Positions 8,791 through 13,238 of a DNA stretch of 13,238 nucleotides are shown here, in pieces. Within the stretch, counting starts at the first letter, position 1, and each line of letters begins with the position of its first letter. This stretch comes from Octopus sinensis (Eukaryota): the NCBI RefSeq assembly GCF_006345805.1, contig NW_021826405.1:1-13238 (forward strand). The letters are read 5' to 3'. Both the position numbers and the translations under genes were made by a program. Under the pieces are notes generated by a model. The model was not told where the DNA came from. It did no database searches and saw only the letters and a list, made by a program, of their open reading frames with translations.

Positions 8791-9116
8791 GAAGACAATA
8801 TTGATATTGTTTGATGGAATTAGGAAATCAGTTCTTTTCTTCATTTATTTGTAATCATTTTGGATTTGGTTGCAATACTGAAATTTAATTTTAACTGAAA
8901 GGATACAAACTATGTTCTCTCTCTCTTTTTTCGCTTTTGTTTTTGCTTTTAATGTTATAAACATCCTTCACAAATTAAGTCGAAAATAAAAAAATACATA
9001 GAATTCACAAATCTATTACAGCTTTTGAGACGGATGAGCAAACAGAATTAGTTTCAAATCTAGGTAAAAGCCCAAATTATCTTCAGGTCGCGTCGGCCAG
9101 TCATTTTGGATGAGAG

Positions 9117-9118
9117 CA

Positions 9119-9149
<31 letters not shown>

Positions 9150-9157
9150 TACACACA
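9117..9157. repeat. (CA)n microsatellite
   Basis: CA run. Confidence 0.9.
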
Positions 9158-9206
9158 GATTCATATATTCTTCCTGTCAGGCGTTCTTGTTTTTAAAAAT
9201 TATATA

Positions 9207-10005
9207 TCTATATATATAAAAGTGAAGTTGTGTGAGTGTCTGTCTCCTACGATTTAGATTCCTAACTACTCCCACATTTTGCGGTGCAGTTTAACCAAAT
9301 TCGGGTATCTTATAGTCGGGACTCATATCGAGCCCGTCTGGGTATTAGCGCGCGTCTACGATAAGTCTACGATTTAAAAATAATTTACCATAATTTTTTT
9401 TTCCATTTAAAACGCATATTTTTTCGTGTGTCGATGGCGGCGGAGTTGGCGTCCATGCTCACACCTGCATCTGTGTTGCTTCTCCCCCTTCTTCCCTCCC
9501 TCCCGTGTAGCTGTGGGGAAGGGAGTGTAAGGAAATCAACGTCGTAAAGCGTTGTCAAGGAGACCAGCGTTCTTTTAGAACAACGACTTGAAGTCGCCAA
9601 AACAGAAATCGCTAAAAAAGCTGAACAGATCCAAAAAACGGCAAAAACCGCCACACACAGGGCAGTTTTCTGTGCAAACAATTTGCACAACCGAATGTTT
9701 TAGTTGTTGTTGCACAAATCTTTATATATAAAAGTGAAGTTGTGTGTCTGTCTCCTACGATTTAGATTCCCACATTTTGCGGTGCAGTTTAACCAAAACC
9801 GGGCATCTTATAGTCGTGATTCATATCGAGCCCTTCTGGGTATTAGCGCGCGTCTACGATGAGTCTACGATTTAAAAAATAATTTACCATCATTTTTTTC
9901 CATTTTAATGGATTTTTTTGCTATTATATAAGGGAAGTAACTCTCTAAAAATGCTTTATAGTTATTTCCCTTACAAACCCGAGCAACGCAGGGCAATACT
10001 GCTAG
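9207..10005 (+). mobile_element. Non-autonomous Helitron, composite with two 5' ends
   Basis: The 5' end A|TCtatatatataaaagtgaagttgtgtg occurs at 9207 and again (TCtttata..) at 9719. A subterminal GC hairpin cccgagcaacgcaggg lies at 9978-9993 and the terminal CTAG at 10002-10005. No TIR or target-site duplication is seen. The base after CTAG is G rather than the canonical T. Confidence 0.82.
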
Positions 10006-10134
10006 GAGTGTATAAATAAGAGCTGGAAAGATCGCTTAAGGATACATGTTTGATAAATATGCCTGTTTAAGTATCATACTAGCATGAAACTATTAGTAGC
10101 TCATTCGGTTGTGCGCTTAATTTTGTATATAAAC

Positions 10135-10143
10135 ATATATATA

Positions 10144-10184
<41 letters not shown>

Positions 10185-10254
10185 TGCATGTATGTATATA
10201 TATATTTATATATATATACATATACATATATATATATATATTTAAGTATGTATG

Positions 10255-10305
<51 letters not shown>

Positions 10306-10410
10306 TATATATATTAAGTATGTATGTATGTGTATATATATGTATATGTATCTATGTGTGTGTATAGATAATTGTGTCAGTATGTGTGTGTGTAAGTATA
10401 TATATATATA
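10135..10410. repeat. Compound (TA)n/(TATG)n/(TG)n microsatellite
   Basis: Direct reading. It includes two copies of ttaagtatgtatgtatgtgtatatata. Confidence 0.93.
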
Positions 10411-10529
10411 CAAGGCTTTGGTCGGCCTGAAGCTATATAGTAGAAGACATTTGCCCAAAGTGCCACGCAGTGGGACTGAACCTGGATCCATGTGGTTGGT
10501 AAGCAAGCTATTTACCAAACTTCCACGCC
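10410..10529 (-). mobile_element. SINE family B, 5' portion
   Basis: Reverse complement reads ggcgtggaagtttggtaaatagcttgcttaccaaccacatggatccaggttcagtcccactgcgtggcactttgggcaaatgtcttctac.., with a B-box-like ggttcagtccc. Confidence 0.82.
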
Positions 10530-10576
10530 AATCTATCGATCTATATTTATATACATACATATACATATATATATAT

Positions 10577-10786
10577 GATTCAAAATGTGACCGCGTGTGT
10601 ACCGTTGGCATTTTTTTCCCTCTGTCTTCCCTTCTCTGGATCTTTCCTTCTCCTATGTTTCCGACGAAGAGCTCCGCTCGAAACGTTAAACCCTCCTTCT
10701 TTCCTTCTTTCCTGAGCGTCCAATAATACTATATTTGTTCCACGTCCTCGCGTTGTTGTGTTTTTTTTGCGCTTTCGTGTATGGAT

Positions 10787-10790
<4 letters not shown>
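10577..10790 (+). mobile_element. Short interspersed element inserted in (TA)n, probable Penelope-like pseudo-LTR
   Basis: A 214-bp non-microsatellite block bounded by TA runs on both sides, carrying a hammerhead motif. Confidence 0.62.
10657..10691 (+). ncRNA. Minimal type I hammerhead ribozyme motif (variant core)
   Basis: gttt [ccgacga] a gagc tcc gctc [gaaa] cgt t aaac. Stem I is gttt/aaac, stem II is gagc/gctc and stem III is the loopless palindrome acgt. The core has C in place of U4. Confidence 0.6.
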
Positions 10791-10838
<48 letters not shown>

Positions 10839-10928
10839 TACATATACATGTATATGTGTGTGTGTGTGAGTGTGTGTTTATGTGTGTGTATGCGTGTGTG
10901 TGTGTGCGTGTGTGAGCGCATGTATACG
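10791..10928. repeat. (TA)n followed by (TG)n microsatellite
   Basis: Direct reading. Confidence 0.95.
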
Positions 10929-11269
10929 TTACAAGACGAAGTGGGCAGCCTTTTATTTACACAAACAACCATCATACATATCGCAATATCTCAAAACGTA
11001 GCAAACAAACAGAAAAACGTGAGCAAGCACAGACTGGAGGCGAATTAGATTAGTAACCGGGTTGAGAAATCGATGACAAAATAGGCAGTAATTAGTATAG
11101 ACACACACTAGCTGTTGCGGAGATCATTAACTAAAGATTCAATATTATAAATTGAAAAATTATCAGAAATCAATATTGTATTTTATACAAGAAATCGATA
11201 GAATAAATTAGAAAATTACGCGAAGAGAGGGAAAGAAAGAGAAATAGTCACCAGAAAGACAATTAGGAA

Positions 11270-11348
11270 CGATACCAACAATAGCAGCAACAACGATAGC
11301 AATAGCGATAGCAACAATAATAACGACAATGGGAATAGCGATAGCAAT
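11270..11348. repeat. Degenerate tri/hexanucleotide tract (aatagc/gatagc)
   Basis: Repeated atagcaatagcgatagcaac units. Confidence 0.7.
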
Positions 11349-11924
11349 GTAAATTTATGCCGAAATTTGGGATCTACGATCTACTACATGTTGTCAGAGT
11401 TGTAGTAGCGAAATATTAAAAGAAAAAAGTATTGGTTGGAGATTATTGTGTCTGAATGGAAGGAGAAGAATGAAGATGTCAGATAATTATAATTATTAAT
11501 ACAATTACACAAGAATTGGATTTAGAAAAATGGTTTGCTTGTTTTGAATTTTTTTGTTTTCTTTTAATACGTCGCAGAAATGTAAGTACGGTTTAAAACA
11601 TATTGAGGGCAGGAAAAAATCACCTCCACATTAGCCATTCTTGATGAACGTTTCATCTGCTAACTGGTATCCCGAGTGAAACCATAATAGTAACTAAAAA
11701 GAAAACGATAAAATATTTATTTTGGATTAATGACTCAAAATTGTATCCGATTGTGGAGAGAACCTTGGTTCAGGAGTCTCAGGGTTTTGAAGAATATGGA
11801 AGCGTCTCTTAATCACTGTTATTCTCATATCTGGACTCGGAGTCCTAGCAACTGTCAGGATCTGAGTTAATTACCATATTAGGGTTTGCTTACCTGAGTA
11901 TGTGAAGGCTGGATCTGATTGACT

Positions 11925-12075
11925 TTTTACGCTCAGGTTTCAAATTCCGTTGAGGTCAATATTACTTTTACGCTTTAGGGGTTAATAATGTAAATATCAG
12001 ATAAGCACAGGAATCGATGGTATCGAATTATCCCCTCCCCTCAAAAGTGTTGGTCTTGTGTCGAAATAAACCAAG
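11925..12075 (+). mobile_element. SINE family A, old degenerate copy
   Basis: ttcaaattccgttgaggtcaat..cccctcccctcaaaagtgttggtcttgtgtcgaaa is colinear with 5120-5258. Confidence 0.62.
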
Positions 12076-12664
12076 ATATTATTCAACCCAACACTCTACT
12101 TTTTTTACTTTTATAGCTCAACGTCGCGGTAGGTGGCTGCAGTGACGCATTGTGAAGTGCTGAGAGGAAGATACGTTGGGCAATACGATACGTCAATAAG
12201 ATACGTTGGGCAAACACTGAATCCGTCTCCATCCCTAGTCGTCTTGACTTGGTCTTGTCATTGTATTGAAGAGAGTTACGGATGAAAGAGTGAGGTCGGC
12301 GGTATGCAATTCTTCTTCGCTTTAGACAAAATCATCACGCAAGTCATTACCAGTTCTTCTGAGGGTCCTGGTCGCTCCGACGGATGAACATAACATGAAG
12401 ATACCATTACCGATATTTTACTCTACAAGCGCCATACAAATGGGTGTGGAGAATATGTATTTTTTTTTTTTTTTTTTTTGCCGTAATTTGATTTTTCTTA
12501 TAATTCTTCTGACGGTGAAATGGCAAAGTCAGAAGAAGTCAAGTTCCGGATTCAATAACATCTTGTTTTATTTAGGCATAAGACCAGCAATTTGTCCCGT
12601 ACGCTTACTTTTCTATCAGCTAGAATCCTTATAGTGTGAAAAATATACCTTGTGTCATTTGTGA

Positions 12665-12760
12665 CATCTCTTTTTCATTCTTTCGAGTACGATAAAAGAG
12701 GGAGTTAGTATCGATTTGCCCCTCTCCTCAAAATCGTTGGCCTTCTACCTAAATTAAAAA
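12665..12760 (+). mobile_element. SINE family A, internally deleted 3' remnant
   Basis: tttcattctttcgagtacgataaaa..cccctctcctcaaaatcgttggcctt. Confidence 0.5.
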
Positions 12761-12853
12761 TCTTTATAATGGCAGCCACCTAAAAGAATCATTAGACCAG
12801 CGGGAAGAAACAAAAGCCATGCGGTCTTTTGTTCCCAGCAATTTACGTTTTTG

Positions 12854-12854
<1 letters not shown>

Positions 12855-12915
<61 letters not shown>

Positions 12916-12932
12916 CATCATTATTATTATTA
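12855..12932. repeat. (TTA)n microsatellite
   Basis: tta run with two tca units. Confidence 0.95.
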
Positions 12933-13238
12933 CCATAGACGTCGTATACAATATCGTGAGATTGTTGGTTGAAGAGATTGTGTCTACTGGTGGTTTGTAC
13001 TGACTGTCAAGTCACAACAAGGACCTCTGACAGACAGTACTTTACGCAATATGCGTGCAGTTCCAAGTAATGCCGACTTTTACAATACACTTTGATTGTA
13101 GGGTATCACTAAGGTTTTCAGATTTTTTTATTTTTTTCAGATAACAACAGGGATAACCTTTATATTCGACTCTCGCAGCCGCCACATCTTAGCGATCTCA
13201 ATTCTCAGGTCTCAATATTTATCAACTTTTTCTCTTTC
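12933..13238 (-). mobile_element. Second RLE-type non-LTR retrotransposon 3' end (R4/Dong-like), decayed, continues past the window end
   Basis: The minus strand translates as EREKVDKY*DLRIEIAKMWRLRESNIKVIPVVI* and KNLKTLVIPYNQSVL*KSALLGTARILRKVLSV. The 3' UTR runs into (TAA)n on the element strand. It is absent from the ORF track. Confidence 0.87.

Noticed and set aside
9385-9690. 101-aa minus-strand ORF as a host gene
   Set aside because: It lies wholly inside the Helitron, starts at a non-ATG codon and has no recognisable domain.
10150-11048. Long Tyr/Ile-rich ORFs up to 180 aa
   Set aside because: Read-through of TA/TG microsatellites, a SINE fragment and the hammerhead-bearing element.
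11760-11875. Possible remnant of another interspersed repeat
   Set aside because: Only a vague resemblance from memory, with no second copy in the window to support it.

Overview
Repeat-rich, AT-rich eukaryotic non-coding DNA, either intron or intergenic. It is most likely from an octopus (coleoid cephalopod), inferred from my recollection of the SINE and microsatellite families rather than from a search. No intact host gene can be supported, and most ORFs in the track are translations of microsatellites. The window holds: (1) a full-length but decayed DD34D mariner (392-1645, TIRs plus TA duplication, Hsmar1/SETMAR-like transposase pseudogene); (2) a dense cluster of tRNA-type SINEs in both orientations (about 4850-8275), including a dimeric form and copies with target-site duplications; (3) a degenerate 28S rRNA-like fragment inserted in a SINE between 34-bp direct repeats; (4) 3' ends of two different restriction-like-endonuclease non-LTR retrotransposons (R4/Dong-like), both attached to (TAA)n; (5) a composite non-autonomous Helitron with two 5' ends and an internal cargo segment; (6) a 214-bp element inside (TA)n carrying a minimal Penelope-type hammerhead ribozyme motif; (7) many microsatellites and one GC-rich, exon-like unique island (5287-5608, minus strand).
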